A stretch of DNA of 64,000 nucleotides from assembly GCA_000165425.1 (NCBI GenBank), contig CT868540.1:186001-250000 (forward strand). Direction: 5' to 3'. The DNA is from Paramecium tetraurelia. Taxonomy: Eukaryota. The position numbers and the translations under genes are program-made. The notes beneath the pieces are model-generated. The model saw nothing but the letters and a program-made list of their open reading frames with translations. It was not told the origin of the DNA and made no database searches. Position 1 is the stretch's first letter; each line of letters starts with the position of its first letter. Shown here piece after piece: positions 28,346 to 42,348 of the stretch.

Positions 28346-31300
28346 TCAATATTTCCTAGAGTACTTTTTTGATTTATGAGTAGATCTTCTTTTATAGCTG
28401 TCACTGCTTTCAGATTTATTTCTCTACTTGGATCGAGATCGATCTTTACTTTAATAGCGAGAACGATCTTTGTTTTCAAAATTCTTGGAAGATTCTATAA
28501 TTGAAAATAATATCTACTTTCATAATCATATTTGCTAGTTTTAGTATGCCTCCTTTGATATTGAAACCCACTATAATATTTATTATTTTTATATTTATCA
28601 GAATCTACAGATTCCTATCTTTTTCTTCTTTATTCTTGTGATTTATCAGACTCTTCGCTGCTTGACCCTAAGATGAATAAATATGAATACTTTTTTTATT
28701 ATGGAATCTATTTCTGGAAAGATCATCCTCATAATATCGTTTATTTCCATCCCTGGACTTATCCTGTTTTTGAGATTAATATCTATGTCTTGATTTTGAT
28801 TTATCATAGTAATCAGTTTTGTCATATTTGTGTCTAACATATTTTTCGGTTGGACTTTTTTGATTGTAATTATAATATTTGTGATGATGATGATGTTATT
28901 TATGTCTTTATCTAGTAGAGAAGTCTCTGCTTTTGTCTGATTCTGAGTTACTTTACTTTTTTTATGCTTTGCTGGAATCAGATGGACTTCTTTCACTAGT
29001 TTCCTTTTTAGTATCACTTTTCTTATTTATTTAAGGATATTAAGCTTGCAAGGATATCAATGAGAGATTGGGCACTTTCAGGTTGTCCTCCTCTTATTAA
29101 TTATTAAATCTCTTTATAGTATCCTATTATTATTATTGTCCACTATCTAGGGTGGCTTGATCAGTGGGATACCTCTTAAAGCCTAGAATAGCATAGAGTA
29201 TTCGTTTAGTTAATTGAATTAGATTCTTTTTCCTTAGAAATTATTCATGATCTGTTAAATTCTTTTGGATTTCCTTCCCTAAACAATACTAAATATATAA
29301 TTGAGTTTCATAATCTCTCAAAAGGGAGGAGTAGCATCGTTTAACAAACCAATTCTCGAATTTTGATTCCCTATACTTCATGATATTGAATTGATAAAAA
29401 TAAGGAGTGATGAGATCCCAATTCTTCATAAATGCCATGTCATTAGTCATCATCGTATTTTAAAGGTATTTGAATACATATCTGCACATTTGCATCGACA
29501 TTTAATCTTAGAACTAATCTAATTTTAATTAGCATTGTTAATAAATCAAATCTGAAAAGTTTTGCTTTGTTTATATAATTTAATTTCTCAAACATAGTAC
29601 CAATATTGTCATATTCTTTCTAGGATGAGAAGCCTCAAAAAGCAGAACCTTTGTAGAAGAGGAACTTCGTTCAATTATTTATTTGACCTACTTGCAAGAT
29701 TCTTTATACTGAGGAGAGATCAAAACAGTAAAGTATGTCATTTCCTTTTCGTTATTTGCTTCTTATTCTAATAGTTTCTTAATGGCAGTGCTTGTCTCTT
29801 GTATTTGTTATAATGTTCCAATCAGACAAACCTCTTTCTCTCTGTATTAAATATAGAAGAAGGGGTGATTAATATCTCTTTGTGTTTGTTCTCCTCTCGC
29901 ATTGTAAACGGAATCTCTTGAAATTCTAATTTCAGCATTTTATTTCAATTAAAACATATTTTGCTAAACAGACTTAGTTTCACTTCTACTGATGTACAAT
30001 CTTTAAACACATAGAGTTTTTAATGTGTTCCTAATTTCAGTAGCTGTTTATTCTATATTTTGTTTAGATCCTTTAATTTTAATCGGAGTGGCTTTGTCCA
30101 TTGGGAATATTTCCTCACTGTGTGCTAACGATTTATTGTAAATGATATTGACTTCTTATTTATTGTCTAAACTATTGCTAAAAGAATAATATTAATTTTA
30201 ATTACAATTTGTTTATTAATCTCTTCAAATAAATGATAGGAACCTTAATCTATCCTTCTATAATCCCAAGTTCCTTCTTTAGTTCTTTAATTATTTGTTC
30301 CACCATATTCAGAATAGATCTAAAGATATTGATTTATTGGATAGACCCTATTACAGTAAGGTTGTTTTCCTTTTTGAAGAAATCAGCAACTTATTGATCA
30401 ATCTGTTCAAAACTGATCTTGTTTCCAATCTTATAAATTAATTGGGCATTCTTCTTCACCACTTTCTATTCTAGTATATTAATTTTGAAACATTCCTTAA
30501 TCATATCAATATTTAGGATATTCTATTATTGAATGGCTTCTATTTATTCATGTAATTCTAACTTCTCCTTGTACTACTCTTCGAATTTCTATTAAGCCAC
30601 ATCAACTATGGATTGCATTTATTACAACTTCCCAGAATCTTAAGGTTGAACTTCAATGGATGATTTATTAAATTAATCACTTTGATAGTATGATTTTCCA
30701 GTAAGGGGAACTGAAGGAACTTGTAGTTCTGAAGTGTTATTGTCTTCCTCCTTTTTTAATTCTTCATCTTGCCTAGTTGATAGATATTATTGTGGTTGTT
30801 TGAGTGACAAATACTCTCTTACAGTTTGCTTTTCTAAAGACTTCATAATTTTGTATCTATTATCGTATTCACTGTCAGAATCACTGCATGATGAGGATGA
30901 GAGTTCTTCTCTTTTCTTTTTCTGCTTTTTCTCATTATTATAAGATTTGACTTTCCTTTGTTGAATTCTCTCTAAATTAGTTTTCTCTTTTTCTTATTCC
31001 TCCAAAATGCGTTTTTCATCCTAACACTCTTGACAATACCAAGCATCTTTAGGGACTGATTCCAAGGGAGGGACCAAACACAATAAATGAAATCCACAAT
31101 TGCATTTATCACACAATAACAATTACTCATCATCTTATGGTGTTTTGGTTTAACATATTTTACACACCATATTTTCCAAATGCTCCTCCCACTCCTCTTG
31201 AGTAACATCGGTTGGTTTCAATCCTAAATAACCCTTACACTTTGCGGCACCACATAAGCATTTCGTCAAGGGAGTATGAAAAACATCGAATTGATAATCA

Positions 31301-32103
31301 AATGTTAATTCTTCATCCTCATTTATATCACGACTTGCAAATATACCAATACAGACTTCTCCCAACACATTCCACTTCTCTGTTATACAATTCGGTTCGC
31401 AGGAATGATTGATGAACCTTGCCAAATTACCTTTGGTTGTTGGATCAATAACTTCCTAGTTATTCAGTTTCATTAAATATGTACATGTCGATTTCTAAAT
31501 AAACACACAATTCAAACCGAATATTCTTGCACTCTCCTCCTCCCCAAAGCACTATTTATCTAGAAAATCTCTCCAATGTATTGCATTATAAATTGTCCTT
31601 TTTATATGCGGTCACCAGCATACAACCCCATTCCCTTTCCTCCACATTTAAGTGGATACACGCAAGCATCCTCATGCTTTTAAAATCTTCTATTCTTGCA
31701 AAGTTCTGCACATGGACAGAGTTCGACATCACATTCCGTACATGTGAATTTATTTAAACATCGATCACCGCAATTATACGAGTATTATGGTCCTTGGATA
31801 CGACTAAATTTAATACAATCCTCTACCTTGATATTTGATCTTCAGGACAACAAATACACGAGCAAACCAGAGTTTCATCTCTGCTCACTCGAAATTGTTT
31901 TCTCTCTAAATACTGATTCTTTTTCAATAAAGTGAAGTATTTGAAACTTTCCTTCAGACCTTGCAATCTAGAAGGGGATTTCCCTGCAATTTATTTATTA
32001 TCTGTTGAGAAATATATGAAATCAATACATTTCTATTCTTGGACGTCTCCTTTAAGATTGGCTAATCGTTCTTTTTAGTTTTGTTGCTCTCATCCATTTG
32101 CAT
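28346..32103 (-). CDS. SETD2/ASH1-type histone lysine methyltransferase (AWS-SET-postSET) with PHD finger, KH-like repeats and RS-rich tail
   Basis: Cys-rich AWS region, [22 protein letters not shown], post[45 protein letters not shown]. Confidence 0.9.
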
Positions 32104-32855
32104 TAATTTAAAATTATTATCATTAGAATAAATTACAAATAAATTATTTTACGCACATTTATCTGTCAAAGTCACAAAATTTTATTTAATAAAATTTTAA
32201 TCATTTATTGAAAAGGTTGATCATTAATTATAATAAATATCCATAATACTGTTGTAGTAATAATCTATCTTAATTTCCTCATCAATTGGACATTTTTAAA
32301 TTGCAAATCCAAGTAATTCTAAACATCTAAAATATCCTTTTTTCCATTTATATGGACATACATAAATTTCAAATCAAATTATTATACTCTTTAAGAGACT
32401 AAGATTGAAGCAAATAAAAATATTATACAGTTAATTTAAATGAATATGATAACAATGAAAGAAAGAATTTGAATAATATATTTATAAATTAAGAATTTAT
32501 TCAATCTTTATAAGATTACATTCGGAAAAGATCTTGGTTTTTAATATTATGAGATATATTATTAGCAAGAGCCTTAAGATTTCAATTAAATGCAAACTAT
32601 TTATATATAAAATCAATTAATATATGTTGGATAAGTTGTGTTATTAAAAAGGATAATCTACTGGTTTATAGGAAGTTGAAATCCAGTAAATGGGTATATT
32701 GAGAATATTGCAAACTGTTTATAGTGTGATATTGAGGGGTTTATTCACAAAATTCTAATTTTCAATATCTTTCTAATCTTATATTAAATGAACGTAGATT
32801 AATGTTCTTTTAATTAAAATTATTGGACAGTCTATATAATATATAAATTTTTATA

Positions 32856-35800
32856 ATGAATAATACGAATAGTTTTCCCAAAATCCAAAAGGCATAATCA
32901 ACAGTACAGTATTTTATATAAATATAGGCAAAACTTTTAATAAGGACAGAATGGGATTAGAGTATCAATTCAAGTATACCTATAACGATAAGAGCGGAAA
33001 TGTCATAAAATCGAATGAAAACTGATATTACAAATAAACACTTTTAAACAAATTCTGATGTTTCTTATCTCAAAAATAAACATAAAAATTTCCAATCTAT
33101 TGAAAGCAGCATTTACAAAGATCCAGAACTATCTTAAACAGTAAAAACAATATTTATTGGTTATAGAAATATGATAAATCTTTACAAAGTTTTTATAGTA
33201 CAATGTACAGAAAATCATAAAACAGATTACAATTCAAAAATAAAATTGAAAAGACTACTATCAAGAGCGAATGGTTGGACTTTGAAGATTTGCTAAAAGA
33301 TAAGAATTTGATGGAGAACGGGTTGTAAAAATACTTTTTTGATATTTTGAAACATGAAATCAAGCAATCACCAAATTTATCAGTTATTCCGCCGAATAGA
33401 TAACAAGCTTTGGATTTGAAAGAGTGGTTGTTCTTCATGCTTCAAAGAACGAAGGATAAAAGCAAAAGTTTAACTGCTATTTAAATAGCTGAAGAAATTC
33501 AATTAATATACACATCTTGTTTTAAAGAAATTATAAAGTAACTATAAATTAAAAATGTAGATAAGTCAAAGCTGAATGTGTTGAGAGAGGAGAATTACTC
33601 TAAATTATATGGGACTTTTATATCCAATTGATTGATTAAGTAATTAAAAGTTCAAATTAATAAATGCAAATTGTTGAATAAGAAGTGAAAAATAAAATGA
33701 TTGATCAGCAGAACTTTTATAATGAACAACTCCATTATCAAGAACTCATATATAATGAAAGCAAGAACTAAATCAAATAAATACAATTCGACTATGATCG
33801 AGCTTTGGATGTTGATTAGTAGCAAAAAGAAGAGATATTACAATTAACATCTGAATACAGGGAAGCACTTGAGGTAATAGAGTAACATAGAAAATAAATA
33901 GATGAATTGCAATTATAAATTGTCATGTTAAAAACAGAATAAATCAATGAGAACAATCCTGAAAATGAGAAAATTAATATCAAAGTGTAATAGGGATAGT
34001 CTATAGTTTCACATTTAATGAATTTTCAAGCTAAAATCGATAATAGTTAGAAGTATAGAATCAAATCTCCATTCAAATCATAAGGCAGTAAATCCCCTGG
34101 CAGATCACCTAAGAAAAATAGTGTCATCTTTGACAGATGGGAATAATTAAGGAATTAAGAAAATTAACTGAAATCTTAGATCATATCATTAAAATATTTA
34201 GATTTTGATAAAGATCAACAGCCATCATAAAATAAAATAATATAAATAAGTGGAACAACAGATCAATATGTACAAACTGATGAAGATTAAATTTGGAATT
34301 AACACACTAATCTTTAATTTTAAAGCGATTCAACTCTCGAGAAGGCCAAAAAAGTATCAAATGATCTGGAATAAAAAATATCAATGGCTTTGAAAATGTT
34401 AGCAGAACAAGAATTAGATGAGAATAAAAAGTTATTGTTATGCAGAACATTAAGTGAAAGTAAAGAAGTTTGTGAATAAAATAAATCATTATCAATGAGA
34501 TTGATTACAATGAATAGATTAGATTCAATAAAAAAAATGGAAATATTGGAAAAGGAGGAACTATGCTAAGAATTGGAGATGAAACTACAATAAACGGTCT
34601 AAGATTTTATCTCCATAATCTCGAATAATAAAAAGAAAGTACATAGATTAGCGACCAAAAATACATAGTTGATAGGGACTTTGAAATAAATAGAAAGTAA
34701 ATATGAAATCAAAATTAATGATGTCAATGCAATTGAAGAGGAGGAATTTTAAAATAATAATGATATGGATCAAGATGGAGATTATAATGAATTTAGCCCT
34801 GGTAAGGAATTTTAGAATTTAGATGATGATAGCCATCCATAAGAGGAAACAATCAGAATGGTAGATTCAATTAATCTAAAAAAAAAAGTTGTTTAAAAAT
34901 CTTAAAAAAATTAGAATGCTGACTCAGAAACTTATAATAATGATTAACTGGAATAAATAGAGAATGGCTTTAATAATTAAACCTACCAAAAAGATATTAG
35001 ATACCTATAAGATATGGATAACAGTCAAAAATAGTCTTCACATATGGAATTTAATGATGAAGAGATGTTAAAAGATTCTAGAGATTAAATACCATCTGAT
35101 CTTTTAACAAGTTCTCATCAAAAGATTAAAAACAAAGAATTAGATGAAAATACTCCATTGAAAAATTTAGAATTGAAGTCACCTACAGCAAATAAAAATT
35201 CGATCAAGGGTAGTCTCACAAATTAAAAATCAATTTAGAGAATTTCATAATAGGGAGATTCCAAGACTATCAATCAATAATAATATCACCTAAGAAACAG
35301 TAAAAATTAATTAGACCAAAATTCTATGAAGCTTGGAAAACAAAATTCTAAACACAATATAAGCAATAGTCCCATAAGAGAGAAGGATGAAATTTCGTAA
35401 ATGAGCCTAAGCTAGAGAAGTCAAGCAGAATCATAGGATGATGAAAACAATCGTGCTCAAAGAATTAAAGATGTCATATCGTAATATAAAGATAAGCAAT
35501 TTTCAAAATGTAGCTCTTATTTCTTATTATTTAGATTCCTTTGTTCATAAAACACTTAATTATAATTTACTCTAAGAAACTAAACAATCTAAAAGATTTA
35601 GAAGGGTTTATAGTTAAAATACTGATGTAGCTAATAATTTACTTAAATAAGTAATGAACAGTAAAAATTTAACTAAAACTCTATCTTTTCTTCAATTCAA
35701 CAAAATTATCAATTAAATATTAACTGAAGTTTCAAAGTAAAGCGAAGCTTATAAAATACCATTCCATGTTTGTATTTATGATTTCATAAAGAATAAATAT

Positions 35801-36838
35801 GGATTTAAATAAGTTGCTGAAAAAAAAATAAAATAAGTATTCATTATTATTATCTAAAAGATCTATGAATTTATCATAATTGAGAAAGATAAGAATACAA
35901 AGGTTTAGTTAATTTCAAAATATTGTAACCTAAAAAACGAAATTGACGAAGTTGCTCAAAAACTTTTGATTGAAGCCTTTGTATTTTTCAATAATAAAAT
36001 TGAATCCAATAAAACAGAATTTCTAGTTACCTATGAATCAGCGAGTGAATTTTTAAATGAAAAATCTTAACTTTGGTTACAAGCCAACTAAATACAATAA
36101 TTATAAACTTAGTATAAAGTCTTAGTCTAATAATATGGATCCAATAAATATACTATTAATTTTGATTAATTCATAATGAAAATCTTAGATTTTTACGTCT
36201 TTAATAAAAAGGACTATTAAAATATTTTGGAAACGTTATTTAAGGCCGCAGATTTAGATGGAAATAAATTAATTGAATACTAAGAAGTAAAAAATATAAA
36301 ATTAAGAATAGTTTAAAACTCTTTATAGAGCAATCCACACTTAATAGGTGTTAAATGAAAGTTTGTTATAGGTATTTTTAAAAAACGCTGACTTCGCTGA
36401 TGACTAAGGGGATAAGTATCTCACCTTACCAAGGTTTACTGAAATGGCAATTGAATTAGCCATTTTCCCCAAAGAATCAGTTATTAGGTATGGAGAAGGA
36501 TGTGAAAAGATTAAAGAGCATTGGGAAACTGAGAAAAATACCATAAAACTCAGATTTTTAGAAGCTAAATAATATTCGAAAGTTAAACACACATTTATTG
36601 AACTAGATAATTTGATAAACAACAATAAAAAAGAAATTCAAAGTATTATATTATTCTAATAATTAGATATATTATGGATGAGCTATAAACTTCTTAACGA
36701 ACAATCTTTGAGAGTCTATCTTAAGTATTATTTATGCTTATTTCAAGATATTAAACTTAATAGTGTCTTTCTGAATTGCTGCCTTTGGAAATTTTAGAAA
36801 TTCAATAGAGATATCAGTAATTAGATACAATTGAATGA
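32856..36838 (+). CDS. Large coiled-coil protein with C-terminal EF-hand region
   Basis: Open in ciliate code with tiny introns. Long heptad-rich middle. EF loop ADLDGNKLIEYQEF near 36.25 kb. Confidence 0.75.
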
Positions 36839-36979
36839 AATGATTCATAATTATATATAAATTAAATTTTCTTTTTAATTCTATTGAATAGCTTAATTCT
36901 TTCTAAAGGACTCTATTCAATGTAGAATTAAGCGGGAGTATGAAAATATTATAATATTTAAAGTTATTTAATATTAAAA

Positions 36980-37463
36980 ATGGGAAATACTTAATTAACG
37001 GATTAATAGATTCTTTTATACAAGAATGAAACGCAATGTAAGTCCTTTATTTTATATTAAAGTCACTCCTAATTAAATAAGAAGAATACACAAGAAATTC
37101 TAATAGTTGGACACTAACAATAAAGGTTTTGTGAGTGCAGCTGATTTTATTAAAATCATACAACAGCATAAATATAGCCCATTGTTAATTTAATAGTTGA
37201 TTGGTCGAAAATAACAAGAAATTGATTTCATTTCATTAGTTAGATTATTAAATGACATTTAATTTGGGGATAAAAATGCTCTATTGACAAAAATAATGGA
37301 TCAAGATAGAGATGGATTAATTGGTACGGAAGACATTTAGAAAACAATAACAGTGTTAAATCCTAGTTGTTTCAAGAATTCTTATGAATTATCTCAATAA
37401 ATAGTTAATGATAATGAAAAACTAACATAAAATAGAATGATTAAATTATTAATAGATAATTGA
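36980..37463 (+). CDS. Small myristoylated EF-hand protein, calcineurin B-like
   Basis: MGN start, then TPNQIRRIHKKFQQLDTNNKGFVSAADF and MDQDRDGLIGTEDI. One tiny intron. Confidence 0.82.
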
Positions 37464-37683
37464 TTATTATGTTATTTTTTATTTACTTATGGTTAAATTT
37501 TGGCAATATATTTATCCCAAGTTACTTAGATATGTCACTGTTTTAATGGTGAAAAACAATTCATTTGAAAAAGGTAATTTTCGTTAAATTATTTTATTTA
37601 TAATAGGTTAATTATTGTTGAGAATATAGTTTTTTAACTATTTATTAAAAAACTCTTTTTATATATATTTCTTGATTATTTTT

Positions 37684-38355
37684 ATGGGCAATATTTGTTT
37701 GTCTCAAAATTAGACAGTAAGTTAAAAAGGAAAACTGCTTCGCATATGTGGTTATACTAATTTAAAGTAGCCTAATAAATAAATTTTACATCCATAGATA
37801 TAGAACCTAGCATAAAATTTAGATACATTTGAAGAAGATTTTTTTAAAAATGAATTTCTATTTGATATTACAGACGAAAACATAACAAACAATTGTTCTA
37901 GCAAAATTAAGTTAGAAAGGGTAGACTTGGTTGATATTTAACCAAATATAATGCAAGAGCGCCCCTCCTTAAATTTCTTAGGCGAATAATAAATTCAATA
38001 CAAAATCAATCTAAACAGAATTTAAGATGAACCCCTAAATTGTGCTTTTATAAAAGAGAAAAGTAAGAAAGATGAACGGTCATTTAAAAAAAGTTAGAAG
38101 TCACATAATAAACCAGTATAAAAAAAAAATCAACCAAGAAGCATTTTAAAACAAAAGAAACAAAACCACCCGTCTTGGAGCAACTTTTCAGACAAAAGTC
38201 GACAGCATTCTGTTTCATTCAACCTCTTACCAAGCAAAGTCAATGACATAAGACCTAGATCAATGACTCCTTTAATTCTTACTTGTAACAGTGGATAAGT
38301 ATAAAATATTCCTACAAAATGCACTATTTTTATGTAATAATTTCCATACCTATGA
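37684..38355 (+). CDS. 223-aa hypothetical N-acylated protein with SILK and VxF motifs
   Basis: Intronless ORF MGNICLSQ..PRSILKQKK..SRQHSVSFNL..-TGA. Confidence 0.75.
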
Positions 38356-38557
38356 TTTTGATTAAATTTTTTTAAAACCCAAAACATAGCAGTTATAAGC
38401 AATTTATAATTGAATATTAAAGGAATTATTAATAAATTTTATCTTTTTATATGAACTTTTAGGAATATGCAAAAAATTATGTCCCATCACTTTGATTATT
38501 TTTAATTAAGTAATAAAGAAAGCATAAATTATTTTTTTTAATATAACAATAAAAATA

Positions 38558-40187
38558 ATGCATACATATGATATTACTGCAGAAATTTTGACTCCAAGGT
38601 TCTTGGAAGCTTGTAGAAGAGAAGGCTTTCATGAAAACGAACTTATAAGGAAAACTAAAGCATAAGTCGTTTAAATGGTAAAATCAAAAGATCCATCTCT
38701 TACAGATGATTTTATTTGCGAGATTGAAAAGCATTTGGAAGAAAAACGAAAATAAAAGATAGATTTAGTGAGAGCATAAAGATAAAAAATACTTTAAGAA
38801 AATGGACCTAGAAGTAAGAGTACACATAATTAATCCTAATTAAATTTTAGTTCAATTAGCTACGCAGAAAAACAATCAAAAATATTAGAGACTATTAAAA
38901 GAAGGTAATAAATAGAAATTGATAAAATGATTGAGCAAGAACAACTTAAAGAATAATAAGAAAAGGATATGCAATAGAAATTACTTAAATAAGCAATTTA
39001 AAGAGCAACAATTTTAAGAGGAATTAAAAAGGAGACGGGAGTATAATGAAATGAAAAAACAATAATTAGAAAAAGAAAAGCTTAAAAAAGAGTAAAGAGA
39101 AAAAGAATTATAAGAACAAAAGTTAAAAGAGAACGAAATTAAAGAACAAAAAAGGAAATAACGAGAACTCGAAAGTATATAAAGGGCTAAGTTGGAAGCA
39201 GAATTTAAAGAGAAAGATAGAAAATAAAGGTAGGATTAGATTTTAAGAGAATAAGAATAGTTTTAATTAGAATAATAGAAATTATAGGAATAAAAAAAAT
39301 AATTAATAGAAGAAAAAGAGAGAAAAAGATTGTAATTAATTGAATTCAAGAATGAGGAGAGAAAGAAATTTGCAGAATTAGAGAGGAAAGAATTTGAACT
39401 AAAATTAGAAAAAGTTAGAAAATATAATGAAGAAATGATGGAGAGGAAAAGACAAGATTATCTAAAAAGAGAGGCTTAAGTTGAAGCAAAAAGAAAAGAT
39501 TTTGAACAATTCTTAGATTATGTGAAGTAGTAGAAGTAAAAATAAAATCTTGATAAGTAATAGCAAATTAATAAGATAATGGTAAAAAATAGTTTAATTT
39601 TAAGTAAATGAATATCACTAAGGAAGAAGAAAAGAGAAAAAAATATGATGCAAAGCAATTAGAATATTTGAAAAAGAAAGAGTTAATGGATGAATTCTAA
39701 AAATAGTAAATGGAAGAAAAAATTAAGAAATATGAAGAGAAAGAAAAAAAAATAAAACTTATATTATTTAATAATGAGTTTATGTAAGAACAGCAAAGGA
39801 ATGATTTAGAATAAAAACTTAATAAAACTCAACAGAAGCTTAGTAGTTTGAATAATAAAAAGGAATTTGAAAACAAATACAGGTAAAATTATATAGAATA
39901 CGACTAGAATCACTTAATAGATTATAAAAGAATTAGACACTGAGGATAACGTAAGGAGAATGGAATAATTAAGTGGATATCGAAGATTGAAGTTGGAATA
40001 GAAAATGACTAAGGATGAAGAGAAATGTTAATAGATGAGAAAGGATAGAGAATAAATTAGTAAATTGGCAGACTAAATAAGAAAAGAAGCAGAAGAAAAA
40101 AGGAAGATGTTTATGTTAGATTATGAGAAAAAAAAAAGAATGCAATCTGATGGATTTCGAAAAATGAATTCATCATTAGGATAATGA
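38558..40187 (+). CDS. Charged (E/K/Q/R) coiled-coil protein with CCDC177-like N-terminal motif
   Basis: LTPRFLEACRREG resembles the SPRSLEAC motif, followed by a long charged helix. Tiny introns. Confidence 0.75.
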
Positions 40188-40910
40188 TAAGATTTTTTAT
40201 TCAAAAACACTTTTAAGCCTATTTATTATTTACTTAATCTTGAGGAAACATCTAAATCTTTAGGATTCATTATTATTTTGCATTCTCTTTTCTTCAATTT
40301 CAAATAGAAGTAAATGTCTCCTTTCAAAATCCCAATTATTAAAATAACTAGTATTATCGACTTAATCCTGAAAATAGAATACCGACTTTTTAAATGTTTT
40401 AATGAATGTATATCAAAACTACCCCATATACCTAAAGAATTCCTCCACTACTTCTTAAAAATATGATCAATTTCTTATTTATACTGAAATGGATATTATT
40501 CTCATTACTAGTTTAATGAATCTAATATATTCATCTAATTAATAACATTAAATTATAGCTTTCAATTGTGTGTTTATACACATTGATAAGTAAATTTATA
40601 GGTTTAAACTGGATTTGCCTAGAAAAATTTCAAATGAAATTATTTTGATTTAGATTAGTTAATTAAAGATATTGATTTATAAATTGAATGATTTATATCT
40701 CCAAAAGTTCCAAGACATCCTAAAGTGTTGTCTTAGGCTTAGAAACACATTCAGATGATGATTTTGGAGCAAAAGAAATAATAAGATATAGTACATAAAG
40801 TTAATATTTACATCTAATCGAAAAAATACACTTTTTAATCGATAAAAGACTAAAAGAAGTAATTAAAAGAAAGGACTTATTGATTGAAATCAAATCATAA
40901 ATTAAATGAT

Positions 40911-41650
40911 TCATAGTCTTTTTCATTAACAAATTCTAGTTGTAAATCATGTAAATCTGCTTCTTTTTTACATTATAATCTAACAATATTATTCTCTTTC
41001 TTTGTTTACTCTTTCTCAATTAATCCTTCAAAAATATTAGGCCTATTTTAATAAAATAATTATACTCAATTTTTATTTTATGATCCTCTCCTAATTTTTC
41101 TATAGTAAAAGTTATGTCTTTATTCTCATGCTCTTTATCTCCTATTTTTATTTTTTTTAATTTATTCTATATTATTTTCATATAATTTACATGCAAAATT
41201 TCACTTGTTTTATTAGTCTCTTAATTTGGAGATGCAATTGATTTATCACTCTTTCGAATTGATTTAAATTCAATTATTGGACTCACTAATCCGATATTGT
41301 TTTTTTATTGCTAAGGCAATTATAAACTATTTAATGGCTAAGTATTGAAAAACAATTTTTCCTGTTGAGAATTAAAGATGTTTGTTGGTTAAAACTTTTT
41401 AGGGGGTGTTGATAGTTTTTAATCAGATCCAGCTTATTCAAATGATGGAGGTGGGGCACTTATTACTATTTTTGTATTTTGATTATTCTCTTTTTGTTTT
41501 GGTCCTTTGATCTTCATAATTCTTTATATATATATAAATTTACTTTCTTTCCTGAATTTCACTAGGAGTATTAATAACACCAACGGAGGGCAATACTTCC
41601 TCGTCATCTTCATTCTTTCCAATGTCAAATTATGGTTTTCTTTTGGACAT
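40911..41650 (-). CDS. Possible Nup50/Nup2-like protein
   Basis: N-terminus MSKRKPQFDIGKNEDDEE..SEIQERKIMKIK has the bipartite basic/acidic/basic pattern of the Nup50 importin-alpha-binding segment. S/P/F-rich middle and a small C-terminal domain. Confidence 0.55.
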
Positions 41651-42348
41651 TAATTTAATTATTAGATATTCCCGCTATTCCTTAAAGTCTTAAAAATACA
41701 GAAAAATATTTTTAAGCTTAGTTGCAGATTTTTGTAAGGCATTTCAATCTTAAACATTTTTATAACAGTATAATGATTTTAATTATCAACTCATCATTTA
41801 TTATACTCATTTTTATTATATATTTTGATTCGTATTTAAAAATTGCTCTATTTCAACCTTATAGATTTTTATAACAAGATAATATCAACACTAATAATAA
41901 AAATGAATTAGTTCAATGTATTTCTATTATTATATTTGATAAAAATTTATTTAAAATTAGAACAAATCGCTTTACTTTAAAGGAGGAAGATCTATCCTTA
42001 TATTTCTAGGTGAAATTAATTTGGACGTTAATATTTTATAGATAAAGAAAGCAATTATTAATTTACCAAAACACAATCAACTTCATTTTAATCAAAAAAA
42101 TCGAAATAGATTGTAAATTTCAATAAATTGCTTGAATGTTTAGAGATATTTAAATTTTATTTTATCTCATTACCAATTAATTTAAAGTTTAATATTAATC
42201 TATATCTAGATAAGAAACAAATTGCTCTCTATCTATCATGAGATGTTACTAATAATAAATTAAGAAGCTTTTTGCAAATAAAGGATGATTCTTGAATACA
42301 GGTATAAAGATGACGAAATTATTTATAATAAATGATATGATAAATGAA

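Noticed and set aside
28646..29017. 123-aa Asn/Ile-rich ORF in the track
   Set aside because: Off-frame reading of the low-complexity C-terminal tail of the SET gene.
40190..40540. About 100-codon open frame on the minus strand
   Set aside because: No suitable start codon or recognisable motif. With only one stop codon, long chance ORFs are common. It may be a remnant.
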